A stretch of DNA of 49,156 nt from Flavobacteriaceae bacterium (GTDB lineage: Bacteria > Pseudomonadota > Alphaproteobacteria > Rhizobiales > Tepidamorphaceae): positions 1 to 49,156 of the forward strand of contig JBFWXZ010000001.1 of assembly GCA_050186955.1 (NCBI GenBank). Direction: 5' to 3'. The position numbers and the translations under genes are program-made. Positions 1 through 11,241 of this stretch are shown here, piece after piece; the stretch's first letter is position 1, and each line of letters starts with the position of its first letter. Below the pieces are notes generated by a model. The model had not been told where the DNA came from. It worked only from the letters and a program-made list of their open reading frames with translations, and did not search any database.

Positions 1-30
1 GAGCGCGGCGAGGGGACGAAGACTGTCCAT
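1..30 (-). CDS. possible 5' end of a leftward-reading gene (only 10 codons inside the window)
   Basis: ATG at 30-28 on the minus strand, preceded by AAGGA 8 nt upstream. It reads MDSLRPLAAL off the window edge. Too short to verify. Confidence 0.2.
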   Translation of the reverse strand, partial: MDSLRPLAAL

Positions 31-176
31 TGGAATGATCCTTGTTGTCTCTGGTTCGTGGTCGCGCGCCAGGTTGCGGCCGCAGCGCATATCTGTGTCA
101 GCGTATCCAGCGGAACAATAAGGGGTTCCTGAACCTTCTGTTCGCTGTCTCGCAACAATCAGCGGGGCGCGTTGTC

Positions 177-202
177 GGAACGAAGCCCTCCGGGCCCGCG
201 TT
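177..202 (+). promoter_or_regulatory. EcfG-type (alphaproteobacterial general stress sigma factor) promoter candidate, GGAAC-N17-CGTT
   Basis: GGAAC at 177-181, a 17-nt spacer, then CGTT at 199-202. This lies about 38 nt upstream of the ATG at 240 of a general-stress-protein-26-like gene. It matches the published GGAAC-N16/17-CGTT consensus. Confidence 0.5.
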
Positions 203-239
203 TGTCCCCGAACACGCGGAACAGCCGGAGGTGCACGCG

Positions 240-713
240 ATGGCGCGCTCGAACGCCGAGAAGATCTGGGAACTGATGGACGACATGCCGATCTGCATGC
301 TGGTGACGCGCGACAACGGCGCGCTCAGGGCCCGCCCGATGGGCGCCTATGTCGAGCGCGAGGAGGAGGCCGTCTACTGCCTCACCGACGAGAGCCGCCA
401 CAAGGACGAGGAGATCCGCGCCCATCCGCAGGTCTGCCTCGTCTTCGCCGACACCGACGACGCCTATGTCTCGGTCAGCGGCCGCGCCTCGATCAGCAAT
501 GATCGCGAGAAGATCGCCGATCTGTGGTCGCTTGAGTCCGGCGCCTGGTGGGAGGGACCCGACGACCCGGCCATCCGGCTGATCACCATCCGCCCGGAAT
601 TCGGCGAATACTGGGAGACCTCGGGTAAGCTCGCGAGCTACGCCGAGATGCTCCTCGCCACCGTCACCGACCGCGAGCCGGATATCGGCGACAATGCCAA
701 GGCAAGGCTCTGA
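240..713 (+). CDS. pyridoxamine 5'-phosphate oxidase-like FMN-binding protein (general stress protein 26 family)
   Basis: ORF 42..713 trimmed to the ATG at 240 (MARSNAEKIWELMDD...). The blocks MLVT..NG.LRARPM and LITIRPE.GEYW are typical of the PNPOx-like/GSP26 family. The N-terminal extension in the track has no coding look. Confidence 0.8.
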   Translation: MARSNAEKIWELMDDMPICMLVTRDNGALRARPMGAYVEREEEAVYCLTDESRHKDEEIRAHPQVCLVFADTDDAYVSVSGRASISNDREKIADLWSLESGAWWEGPDDPAIRLITIRPEFGEYWETSGKLASYAEMLLATVTDREPDIGDNAKARL

Positions 714-738
714 AAGAAAAGGGCAAGGCTCTGAATAG

Positions 739-763
739 AAAAAGGGGCGGCCGAGGCCGCCCC
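739..763 (-). terminator. rho-independent terminator of groESL (hairpin also usable by the convergent + strand gene)
   Basis: GGGGCGGCC-GA-GGCCGCCCC perfect 9-bp stem at 744-763. On the minus strand it is followed by TTTTT (739-743), 30 nt after the groEL stop. Confidence 0.7.
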
Positions 764-792
764 TTCGCATGTCTTTCGCGGGGTGGCCGGAC

Positions 793-2430
<1,638 letters not shown>

Positions 2431-2499
2431 TTACGTTTCCTTTCGTGTGGAATTCATGTGGTCGCGGGCAGCAAGAAGCCGCCTCGAAGCGGTCGGGCT

Positions 2500-2814
2500 T
2501 CAGGCGGCCTTCTTGGCCTTCGACTTGGAGGAGACGACACCCATGATGTCGGACTCCTTCATGATCAGGTACTCGACGCCGTCGATCTTGACCTCGGTGC
2601 CGGACCACTTGCCGAACAGGATGATGTCGCCGGCGGCGACGTCCATCGGAATGCGGTCGCCATCGTCATCGCGCGCGCCGGGGCCGACGGCGACGACTTC
2701 GCCCTGGCTCGGCTTCTCTTTCGCGGTGTCGGGGATGATGATGCCACCGGCGGTCTTCTCTTCCTCGTCGATGCGCTTCACGACGACTCGGTCGTGCAGG
2801 GGACGGAATTGCAT
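2500..2814 (-). CDS. groES: co-chaperonin GroES
   Basis: ORF 2500..2874 trimmed to the ATG at 2814 ([35 protein letters not shown]...), with GGGAG 8 nt upstream. 104 aa, with a short Lys/Ala-rich C-terminal tail. Confidence 0.97.
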   Translation of the reverse strand: MQFRPLHDRVVVKRIDEEEKTAGGIIIPDTAKEKPSQGEVVAVGPGARDDDGDRIPMDVAAGDIILFGKWSGTEVKIDGVEYLIMKESDIMGVVSSKSKAKKAA

Positions 2815-2861
2815 GGTGCAGCTCCCTTTTGAGACTTGCGTTTTATGTCTTGAACCGGCTG

Positions 2862-2888
2862 CTGGCACTCGCATCAGCCGAGTGCTAA
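2862..2888 (-). promoter_or_regulatory. CIRCE operator (HrcA binding site)
   Basis: The minus strand reads TTAGCACTC-N9-GAGTGCCAG, against the consensus TTAGCACTC-N9-GAGTGCTAA. It sits 48 nt upstream of the groES start. Confidence 0.85.
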
Positions 2889-2901
2889 CAGATGCGCCGA
2901 G

Positions 2902-2930
2902 GAAATAATGACGGCGCTTTCCACCGTCAA
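2902..2930 (-). promoter_or_regulatory. candidate groESL promoter (-35 TTGACG, 17-nt spacer, -10 TATTTC)
   Basis: The minus strand reads TTGACG-GTGGAAAGCGCCGTCAT-TATTTC immediately upstream of CIRCE. It also partly resembles the alphaproteobacterial RpoH motif CTTG-N17-CYTATNT. No experimental support. Confidence 0.45.
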
Positions 2931-2991
2931 GGGGCGCGGGCGGCCGCGGCGGCGTATTTTTTGCGCCGGCGCCGCCTGAGCCCCGATATGG

Positions 2992-3897
2992 TTAACCGGC
3001 GGCCCGCTTGCCCGGCTGCACGGCGCGCACCACCATCCGCCCCGGCCGGTTGGCCAGCCAGCAGGCAAGCGCGATGAGCAGGGCGCCGAACACGGTGGCG
3101 ACCGGCGGCACCTCGGCGAAGAAGATCCAGCCGAGCAGGCCGGCGAAGACCAGGTTGGTGTATTCGATCGGCGCCAGCTTGCCGGCCTCGGCGCGCGAGA
3201 AGGCCCACGCCATCATGCAGTGGCCGGCGATCGCCAGCATGCCGATGCCGCAGAAGCCGGCCATCGTTTCCATCTCCACCGGCTCCCAGAACCACAGGCC
3301 GATCGGCGTCACGATGCACAGCATCAGCGTGTTCTGCACGAACACCAGCACCGGCACCGAATGCGAGCGCGAATGGTGCCTGAGCAGCACCAGGCCGAGC
3401 GCGTACATGAAGGCCGAGCCGAGGGCCGCGAGGACGCCGGGCACGTTCAGCTTGTCGCTGGAGAACCCCGCCGAGGCGATGATCCCGACGCCGGCGAAGC
3501 CGACGCCGACGGCGATCACGGCGTTCGCCGTCACCGGCTCGCCGAGGATCGGCCGCGCCAGCAGCACCACGAAGATCGGCGCGACGAAGGAGATGGTGAC
3601 CGCCTCCATCAGCGGCATCACGGTGATCGCGTAGAAGAAGCCGCCGCCGGCGAACAGCATCACGAAGCCGCGCAGCAGATTGTCGGAGAAGGCCTTGCGG
3701 GTCAGCTTGTGCGGCCCGCTGGCGAGGAACATGCCGGCGCCCGCCGCCGCCCCGAACAGCATGCGCAGGAAGATGATCTGCACCACGAACATGCCGGTGC
3801 CGTAGCCTTTGATCATCGCGTCCATGCCCGACAGGACGGCGATCGAGCCGACGACGGCCATCACCGGCGCAAGGCGCAGGCTTGTTGCTTGATCCAC
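2992..3897 (-). CDS. DMT superfamily (EamA-like) transporter
   Basis: About ten hydrophobic helices and two EamA-like halves. ORF 2992..4140 trimmed to the GTG at 3897, which has GGGGAGG just upstream. An ATG at 3939 is an alternative start. Confidence 0.8.
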   Translation of the reverse strand: MDQATSLRLAPVMAVVGSIAVLSGMDAMIKGYGTGMFVVQIIFLRMLFGAAAGAGMFLASGPHKLTRKAFSDNLLRGFVMLFAGGGFFYAITVMPLMEAVTISFVAPIFVVLLARPILGEPVTANAVIAVGVGFAGVGIIASAGFSSDKLNVPGVLAALGSAFMYALGLVLLRHHSRSHSVPVLVFVQNTLMLCIVTPIGLWFWEPVEMETMAGFCGIGMLAIAGHCMMAWAFSRAEAGKLAPIEYTNLVFAGLLGWIFFAEVPPVATVFGALLIALACWLANRPGRMVVRAVQPGKRAAG

Positions 3898-4042
3898 GTC
3901 GCCTCCCCGTTCCGCATCTCCGCTCTGCCCCGGCCGCATGGCAGCTCGAACGGGATGCCTCTTGGCCCCGCCTACGGCCTCCGATAGGTGGACGAAACGC
4001 CGGTCGCGCGAAGCGGCGGCACAATCGTCCGGGAAACGCCGA

Positions 4043-5224
4043 ATGTCCACGCATGCGATTGCAAGGCAGCTACCCGCCTCGCGGGTCATCGTCGTCGCCA
4101 TCGGCATGATCGCCGCATGGGCGCTGGCCATCGGCTTCATCTATCCGGCGGTGACCCTGAACATGCAGAATCGCGGCGCCTCGGCGAGCCTGATCGGCTG
4201 GCTCGGCGCCATGAACGGCTTCGGCATCGTCGCCAACGCGATCTTCCTGCCGGCCATCGTCGCCCGTTTCGGGCGCTGGCCCGCCGCCTTCGCCAGCCTC
4301 TTCGGCATGGCCGCCTCGATCCTCGGCTTCGCCCTCGTCGAGTGGGTGCCGGCGTGGTTCGCGCTGCGCTTCCTGCTCGGCTTCTTCAACAACATCATCT
4401 TCGTCGTCGGCGAGACCTGGATAAACGAGGCGGTGGACGATTCCCGGCGCGGCCGGGTCATCGCCATCTACACCTCGGTGATCGCGCTGACCTTCTCCGC
4501 CGGCCCGCTGCTGGTGCCGGTGCTCGGCGTGTCGGGCTTCCAGGCCTACGGCACCGTCGCCCTCGTCATCGCGCTGCTTGGCCTGCCGATGTGGATGCTG
4601 CGCAGCCTGCGCGACGCCCGCGAGCCGCTGCCGGGAAGCACCGCCGCGCTCTATCGCCGGGTCATCGTGATGATGGCGCTGCCGATGGTCGCGGTCGCCG
4701 CCTTCGCCGCCTTCGACGGCGCGACGCTGGCGCTTTGGGTCGTCTACGCCCAGGAGCGGGGCCTGAGCGAGCGGGCGGCGACGCTGACGCTCACCGCGCT
4801 GATCGCCGGCAACGCGCTGCTGCAGCTGCCGATCGGCTGGCTCGCCGACCGCATGCGCAGGCGCGTCCTCATCGTCCTCCTGTCCGCCGTCATCGTCGTC
4901 GGCAGCGCGCTCATCGGCTTCGTCGACCTTTCGAGCGTTTTCGGCGTCGTCTACCTGGTGGTCTGGGGTGCGGCCGCCTTCGGCGTCTACACCATCGCGC
5001 TGGTCGTCATCGGCCAGCGGCTGAAGGGCCGCGAGCTCGTCGCCGCCAACGCCGCCTTCGGCGTCATGTGGGGGCTGTTCGCCCTCGTCGGGTCGGCGGC
5101 CACCGGCGCGGCGATGGACGCCGTCGGGCCGGTGGGGCTCCCCATCGTCATCGCGATGGCCTATCTCCTGTTGATGGCGACCGGCCTTCTCGCCGGCTCC
5201 ACGCGGGAGGATCAGGATCGATGA
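4043..5224 (+). CDS. MFS transporter
   Basis: ORF 3938..5224 trimmed to the ATG at 4043 (MSTHAIARQLPASRVIVVAIGM...). About 12 TM segments and 393 aa. Divergent from the EamA gene. Confidence 0.8.
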   Translation: MSTHAIARQLPASRVIVVAIGMIAAWALAIGFIYPAVTLNMQNRGASASLIGWLGAMNGFGIVANAIFLPAIVARFGRWPAAFASLFGMAASILGFALVEWVPAWFALRFLLGFFNNIIFVVGETWINEAVDDSRRGRVIAIYTSVIALTFSAGPLLVPVLGVSGFQAYGTVALVIALLGLPMWMLRSLRDAREPLPGSTAALYRRVIVMMALPMVAVAAFAAFDGATLALWVVYAQERGLSERAATLTLTALIAGNALLQLPIGWLADRMRRRVLIVLLSAVIVVGSALIGFVDLSSVFGVVYLVVWGAAAFGVYTIALVVIGQRLKGRELVAANAAFGVMWGLFALVGSAATGAAMDAVGPVGLPIVIAMAYLLLMATGLLAGSTREDQDR

Positions 5225-5583
5225 ACCGCATCGTCAAGGAACCCGGGCCCGACCATCCGATAGTGATCGAACCGCATCGCGGCACCGTCGCGATCAGCGC
5301 CGGCGGCCGCGAGATCGCTCGCACCGAGGCCGCGCTGGTGCTGCGCGAGGCCGGCTATCCGCCGGTCTTCTACGTGCCGCGCGCCGACGCCCGCATGGAA
5401 CTCCTGCGCAAGGTCGAGCGCGAGACCTGGTGCCCCTACAAGGGGGCTGCGGCCTATTTCGACATCGTCGGCGGCGACACCATCCCCGCCGCGGTGTGGA
5501 GCTACGAGACGCCGCATGCCGGCGTCGCCGCCATAGGCGGCCATCTCGCCTTCTATCCCGACAAGGTGCGGATCGAGGCATAG
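5221..5583 (+). CDS. DUF427 domain-containing protein
   Basis: 120 aa at the C-terminal end of track ORF 3988..5583. It starts at an ATG overlapping the MFS stop (ATGA at 5221-5224). The blocks FYVPRAD and CPYKGAAAYF are characteristic of DUF427 (from recall). Confidence 0.8.
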   Translation: MNRIVKEPGPDHPIVIEPHRGTVAISAGGREIARTEAALVLREAGYPPVFYVPRADARMELLRKVERETWCPYKGAAAYFDIVGGDTIPAAVWSYETPHAGVAAIGGHLAFYPDKVRIEA

Positions 5584-5653
5584 CCCCGGAAGGTGGCCCG
5601 CCTCGCGGCTTTCCTGCCCGCATCGATTTGAAATCGGCCGGCGTGTCGGATAA

Positions 5654-5672
5654 TAGTTGTATCATACAACTA
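5654..5672. promoter_or_regulatory. perfect 19-bp palindrome, candidate MarR-type operator
   Basis: TAGTTGTAT-C-ATACAACTA, 15 nt upstream of the ATG at 5687 and abutting the AGGAGG SD (5674-5679). It overlaps a possible TTGAAA-N15-GATAAT promoter (5628-5654). Confidence 0.6.
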
Positions 5673-5686
5673 ATAGGAGGGCGCCG

Positions 5687-6622
5687 ATGGCCGACACGGT
5701 CGACAGGGTTCGCGACGCCTCGCGCCGCATGGTGCGCGAGCTCGGCTTCCTGCGATCCGGCCTCGCCGGAACGCGGCTCTCGGCCTCCGCCGTCCACGCC
5801 ATCGTCGAGACCGGGCTGTCGGGGACGATCACCGCGAGCGCGCTTTCGGATCGCCTGCTGCTGGAGAAATCGACCGTCAGCCGCCTCGTCGCCTCGCTGG
5901 CCGATGCCGGGCTGATCGACCGCGCCCCGGCCGAGGACCGTCGCAGCAGGCTGCTGCGGCTGACCGCCGTCGGGCAGCGCCGCTACGCCGCCATCACCCG
6001 CACCGCCGAGCGCCGCGTCGCCGATGCGCTCGACCGGCTCGGCGGCGAGGAGCGCGAAAGCGTGGCGGGCGGGCTCGAGGCCTATGCCGGCGCGCTCGCC
6101 GCGAGCCGCGCCGCCGGCTCGTCCGCGCCGCGCCTTGAACTTCGCGACGACTACGCGCCGGGCCTCGTGGCGCGGATCGTCGCCATGCATGCCGATTACT
6201 ACAGCCGCGAGACGTCGCTCGGTGCCGCCTTCGAGGCGCACGTCGCGAACGGCCTCGGCGAATTCGTGCCCCGCCTCGCATCGCCGGGGAACCGGCTCTG
6301 GCATGTCCGCGCCGGCGGCCGCATCGCCGGCGGCATCGCCATCGACGGCGAGGATCTCGGCGGCGGTGTCGCCCATCTGCGCTGGTTCATCGTCGACGAC
6401 ATGGCGCGCGGCACCGGCGCCGGCAGGCTGCTGCTCGACGCGGCGCTGGGCTTCTGCGACGCGAGCGGTTTCGCGGCCGTCAGGCTGTGGACCTTTCGCG
6501 GCCTCGACGCGGCGCGGCATCTATACGAGACGCGCGGCTTCGCGCTGGTCGGCGAATATGACGGCGACCAGTGGGGACCGGTGCTGCGCGAGCAGATATT
6601 CGAAAGGCCGCGCGGCGGCTGA
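5687..6622 (+). CDS. bifunctional MarR-family HTH regulator / GNAT N-acetyltransferase fusion
   Basis: The N-terminal winged helix reads TASALSDRLLLEKSTVSRLVASLADAGLIDR...DRRSRLLRLT. The C-terminal GNAT core reads HLRWFIVDDMARGTGAGRLLL...LWTF...AARHLYETRGF. ATG at 5687 with an AGGAGG SD. Confidence 0.85.
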   Translation: MADTVDRVRDASRRMVRELGFLRSGLAGTRLSASAVHAIVETGLSGTITASALSDRLLLEKSTVSRLVASLADAGLIDRAPAEDRRSRLLRLTAVGQRRYAAITRTAERRVADALDRLGGEERESVAGGLEAYAGALAASRAAGSSAPRLELRDDYAPGLVARIVAMHADYYSRETSLGAAFEAHVANGLGEFVPRLASPGNRLWHVRAGGRIAGGIAIDGEDLGGGVAHLRWFIVDDMARGTGAGRLLLDAALGFCDASGFAAVRLWTFRGLDAARHLYETRGFALVGEYDGDQWGPVLREQIFERPRGG

Positions 6623-6638
6623 CCGGCTTTTGCCGGGT

Positions 6639-8024
<1,386 letters not shown>

Positions 8025-8175
8025 TCCACCGCTGCTCCCGATGCTGCCGTTTCTTGTCCCCTGCGGTTTCCGAACTTTCGCCCAACAGGGTAAAGAAAGC
8101 TTTGCCATGGTCCGCCCGGCCGCGTCCCGGAGCGGGAAAAGGCTAAAATCGGGCGGGAAACGAGGGAGGAATTGC

Positions 8176-8925
8176 GTGGCGAGGAAGCTGATGCTGATTA
8201 CCGGTGGCAGCCGCGGGATCGGCCGGGCGACGGCGATCGCGGCGGGTCGTGCCGGCTATGACGTGGCGATCAACTACCGCGCCGACCAGGCTGCGGCCGA
8301 CAGCGCCGCGGAGGCCGTGCGCGGGGCGGGCGGCGACTCCGCGGTCTTCGCCGCCGACATGGGCGAGGCCGACGATGTCGCCCGGCTCTTCCGCGAGGTC
8401 GAGGAGCGCTTCGGCCGGCTCGACTGCTTCGTCAACAATGCCGGCATCGTCGCCCGCGCCGCGCGGGTCGACCAGCTCGACGCGCCGCGTATCAGCCGCA
8501 TCTTCGCGATCAATGTCGTCGGCGCCTTTCTCGCCGCCGGCGAGGCGGTGCGCCGCATGTCGACCGCGAAGGGCGGCCGCGGCGGCACCATCGTCAACGT
8601 CTCCTCGGCCGCCGCGAGGCTCGCCGCGGCCAACGACTATGTCGACTACGCCGCCAGCAAGGCGGCCATCGACACGCTGACCATCGGCCTGTCGAAGGAG
8701 GTCGGCGGCGAGGGCATCCGGGTGAACGCCATCCGCCCCGGCCTGATCGAGACCGACATCCACGCCGACATCGGCGACCCCGACCGGCCGCGCAAGCTCG
8801 CCGCCGGCGTGCCGATGCAGCGGCCGGGAACCGCCGACGAATGCGCCGACCTCATCCTCTATCTCGCCTCCGACGCCGCCTCCTACGTCAATGGCGCCAT
8901 CATCGACGTCACCGGCGGCCGTTGA
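8176..8925 (+). CDS. SDR family oxidoreductase
   Basis: TGGSRGIG cofactor motif, NNAG and YAASKAA (YxxxK). GTG at 8176 lies 6 nt after GGGAGGA. An ATG at 8191 is an alternative start. Confidence 0.9.
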   Translation: MARKLMLITGGSRGIGRATAIAAGRAGYDVAINYRADQAAADSAAEAVRGAGGDSAVFAADMGEADDVARLFREVEERFGRLDCFVNNAGIVARAARVDQLDAPRISRIFAINVVGAFLAAGEAVRRMSTAKGGRGGTIVNVSSAAARLAAANDYVDYAASKAAIDTLTIGLSKEVGGEGIRVNAIRPGLIETDIHADIGDPDRPRKLAAGVPMQRPGTADECADLILYLASDAASYVNGAIIDVTGGR

Positions 8926-8997
8926 CCGGCCTTGGCCACGGTTGTTAACCGCCGCCAACGCGTGCAAGATTCGCGAATCGGGGGAACCGGGGTCCTG

Positions 8998-10284
8998 ATG
9001 AACCGCTTTTTCAACTGGCTGATCGCCCTGTCGATGGTGGCCATCGCGTCGTCATTGGCGGCGGTGCTCTACATGAAGGCGGGCCTGCCCATCGGCGAGG
9101 CCGGCTGGATCGGCGTCGCCGCGCTGCTGGTCATGGTGCTCGGCCAGTTCGTCAGCGCGCGGGCGCGCGAGCGCAGCGGCTTCATCGAGCGGCTCGAGGA
9201 TCTCAGCACCGTCACCTCGCGGCTGGCCCGCGAGGTCGGCGAGGTGCACGAGCGCCTCGGCACCAGCGAGACGCGGCTGCTCAACAACATCGAGGACGCC
9301 GTCGCCGACAAGGTCAGCCCGCTGACGGCGGAGATCCGCCTCGTCGAGACGCTCGTCCGCCAGGTCGCCGACACGCTTGCCTCGGGACCGGTCGCCACTG
9401 TCGCCGAGACCAAGCCGGCGCCGGCGGCGGCGAAGGGCGGCGCGAAGCCGGAGAAGAAGAAGGCGAAGCAGACCCGCACCGGCGCCTTCGCCGGCATGGA
9501 CGATGCCGAGTTCACCGATCTGGTGCGCGACTCGGTGAACGAGAGCCGCATGGAGATCCATCTCCAGCCCATCGTCACCCTGCCGCAGCGCAAGGTGCGC
9601 TACTACGAGGCGCTGACGCGGCTGAAGAGCGCCGACGGCAAGCTCATCATGCCCGAGGAGTTCCTCGAGACGGCGGAGGGCGCCGGCCTGATGCCGCTCA
9701 TCGACAACATGATGCTCTACCGCTCGGTGCAGGTCGTGCGCCGCCTGCAGACCCGCAACCGCGAGTTCGGCCTGTTCTGCAACATCGCCTCGCAGTCGCT
9801 GGCCGACGCCAAGTTCTTCGAGCAGTTCGCCGAATTCATGGAGCAGAACAAGGCGCTGGCGCCGCTCGTCGTCTTCGAATTCTCGCAGAAGACCCTCGAT
9901 CTCGCCGGCCCCATCGAGCATGCGAGCCTCGACGCGCTGGCCGAGCTCGGCTTCCGCTTCTCGATGGACCGCGTCACCCATCTCGACTTCGACGCCAAGG
10001 CGCTCGCCGACCAGAAGGTGCGCTTCGTGAAGATCCCCGCCGCCCTGCTGCTCAGCGAGGCGGCGCGCAGCGAGGCCGACATCGATCCCGCCGACCTGCA
10101 CGACCTGCTGGCGCGCGACGGCATCGACCTCATCGTCGACAGGATCGAGCGCGAGTCCGACGTCGTCGACCTGCTCGACTACGACGTGACGCTCGGCCAG
10201 GGCGAGCTCTTCTCGCCGCCGCGTCCGGTGCGCGCCGACATCCTCTCCGACATCGCGGCGCAGCCCGTCGCCCACGCCGTCTGA
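8998..10284 (+). CDS. membrane-anchored coiled-coil EAL domain protein (partly degenerate EAL)
   Basis: Two N-terminal TM helices, a coiled-coil/linker with a Lys/Ala-rich stretch, then an EAL domain (YYEALTRL, CNIAS, FEFS, GQGELFS). Trimmed to the ATG at 8998. Confidence 0.85.
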   Translation: MNRFFNWLIALSMVAIASSLAAVLYMKAGLPIGEAGWIGVAALLVMVLGQFVSARARERSGFIERLEDLSTVTSRLAREVGEVHERLGTSETRLLNNIEDAVADKVSPLTAEIRLVETLVRQVADTLASGPVATVAETKPAPAAAKGGAKPEKKKAKQTRTGAFAGMDDAEFTDLVRDSVNESRMEIHLQPIVTLPQRKVRYYEALTRLKSADGKLIMPEEFLETAEGAGLMPLIDNMMLYRSVQVVRRLQTRNREFGLFCNIASQSLADAKFFEQFAEFMEQNKALAPLVVFEFSQKTLDLAGPIEHASLDALAELGFRFSMDRVTHLDFDAKALADQKVRFVKIPAALLLSEAARSEADIDPADLHDLLARDGIDLIVDRIERESDVVDLLDYDVTLGQGELFSPPRPVRADILSDIAAQPVAHAV

Positions 10285-10292
10285 GGCCGCCC

Positions 10293-11177
10293 GTGAGTTC
10301 CGTGCCGAAAGACCCGGCGAGCCGGGCGAGCGCCGAATGGCTGGAGCATTTCGCCGACTTCTCGTCGCGCTACGACATCGCCCTCTGCGACATCTGGGGC
10401 GTCGTCCACAACGGCGTGACCGCCTGGCCCGCGGCCTGCGACGCGCTCACCCGCTTCCGCGAGCGCGGCGGCAGGGTGGCGCTGATCACCAACGCGCCGC
10501 GCCCCTCCGACAAGGTGCAGTCGATGCTGACGCGGCTCGCCGTGCCCGACAGCGTGCGCGACGTCATCGTCTCCTCCGGCGACATCACGCGCGGCGAGAT
10601 CGCGGCCCATGACGGCGCCCGCATCTTCCATCTCGGGCCGGGGCGCGACCTGTCGCTGTTCGAGGGCTTCAACGTCACCCGCGTCGGCGCCGACGACGCC
10701 GAGCTGATCGTCAATACCGGCCTGTTCGACGACGACGACGAGACGCCCGACGACTATCGCGACCTGCTCGCCGGCTTCGCCGGGCGCGGGCTGCGCATGG
10801 TCTGCGCCAATCCGGACATCGTGGTCGAGCGCGGTGACCGGCTCGTCTATTGCGCCGGCGCGCTGGCGGACCTCTACGAGAGCCTCGGCGGCGACGTGCT
10901 CTGGGCCGGCAAGCCGCATGCGCCGATCTACGCTCGCGCGCTGGAGGAGTTGGGTTGCCGCGACATCCCGCGCGGGCGCTGCCTCGCTATCGGCGACAGC
11001 ATCCGCACCGACATGCGTGGCGCCGAGGACTACGGCGTCGACGCGCTGTTCATCGCCGGCGGCATCCATGCCGGGGAGATGGGCGGCCGCGACAGTTCCG
11101 TCGCCGGCCGGCTGCAGGCGGCGTTCGACGAGGCCGGCGTCGCCCCGAAGGCGGTGATGGGCGCGCTCGCCTGGTAG
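10293..11177 (+). CDS. HAD-IIA family hydrolase (TIGR01459-like)
   Basis: The DIWGVVHNG nucleophile block, LITNAPR and AIGDS.RTD motifs. GTG start 8 nt after the EAL stop. Confidence 0.8.
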   Translation: MSSVPKDPASRASAEWLEHFADFSSRYDIALCDIWGVVHNGVTAWPAACDALTRFRERGGRVALITNAPRPSDKVQSMLTRLAVPDSVRDVIVSSGDITRGEIAAHDGARIFHLGPGRDLSLFEGFNVTRVGADDAELIVNTGLFDDDDETPDDYRDLLAGFAGRGLRMVCANPDIVVERGDRLVYCAGALADLYESLGGDVLWAGKPHAPIYARALEELGCRDIPRGRCLAIGDSIRTDMRGAEDYGVDALFIAGGIHAGEMGGRDSSVAGRLQAAFDEAGVAPKAVMGALAW

Positions 11178-11210
11178 GCGGCTTCGCGATCTTCCGTATC
11201 TTGCTGGAAT

Positions 11211-11226
11211 GCGCCGACGTCGGCGC
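11211..11226. terminator. palindromic hairpin between convergent HAD and cheZ genes (weak terminator candidate)
   Basis: GCGCCGAC/GTCGGCGC is a perfect 16-bp palindrome. There is no clear T-tract on either strand. Confidence 0.25.
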
Positions 11227-11241
11227 GAAGGCGTTGCGGGC

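Noticed and set aside
2500-2535. Lys/Ala-rich C-terminal extension of GroES (..[12 protein letters not shown]).
   Set aside because: Short basic tails on GroES occur in several alphaproteobacteria as far as I recall, and this one is only about 8-10 residues. It is not distinctive enough to flag.
2862-2880. A TGGCAC hexamer on the + strand that could be read as a sigma-54 -24 element.
   Set aside because: It is the right arm of the CIRCE inverted repeat. No TTGC lies at the correct -12 spacing, and it points away from any gene start.
8932-8947. TTGGCCACGGTTGTTA upstream of the EAL gene as a sigma-54 -24/-12 promoter for the neighbouring enhancer-binding protein.
   Set aside because: The GG-to-GC spacing is off by one and the -12 element reads TTGT or GTTA instead of TTGC. 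It is not a credible match by eye and needs a matrix scan.
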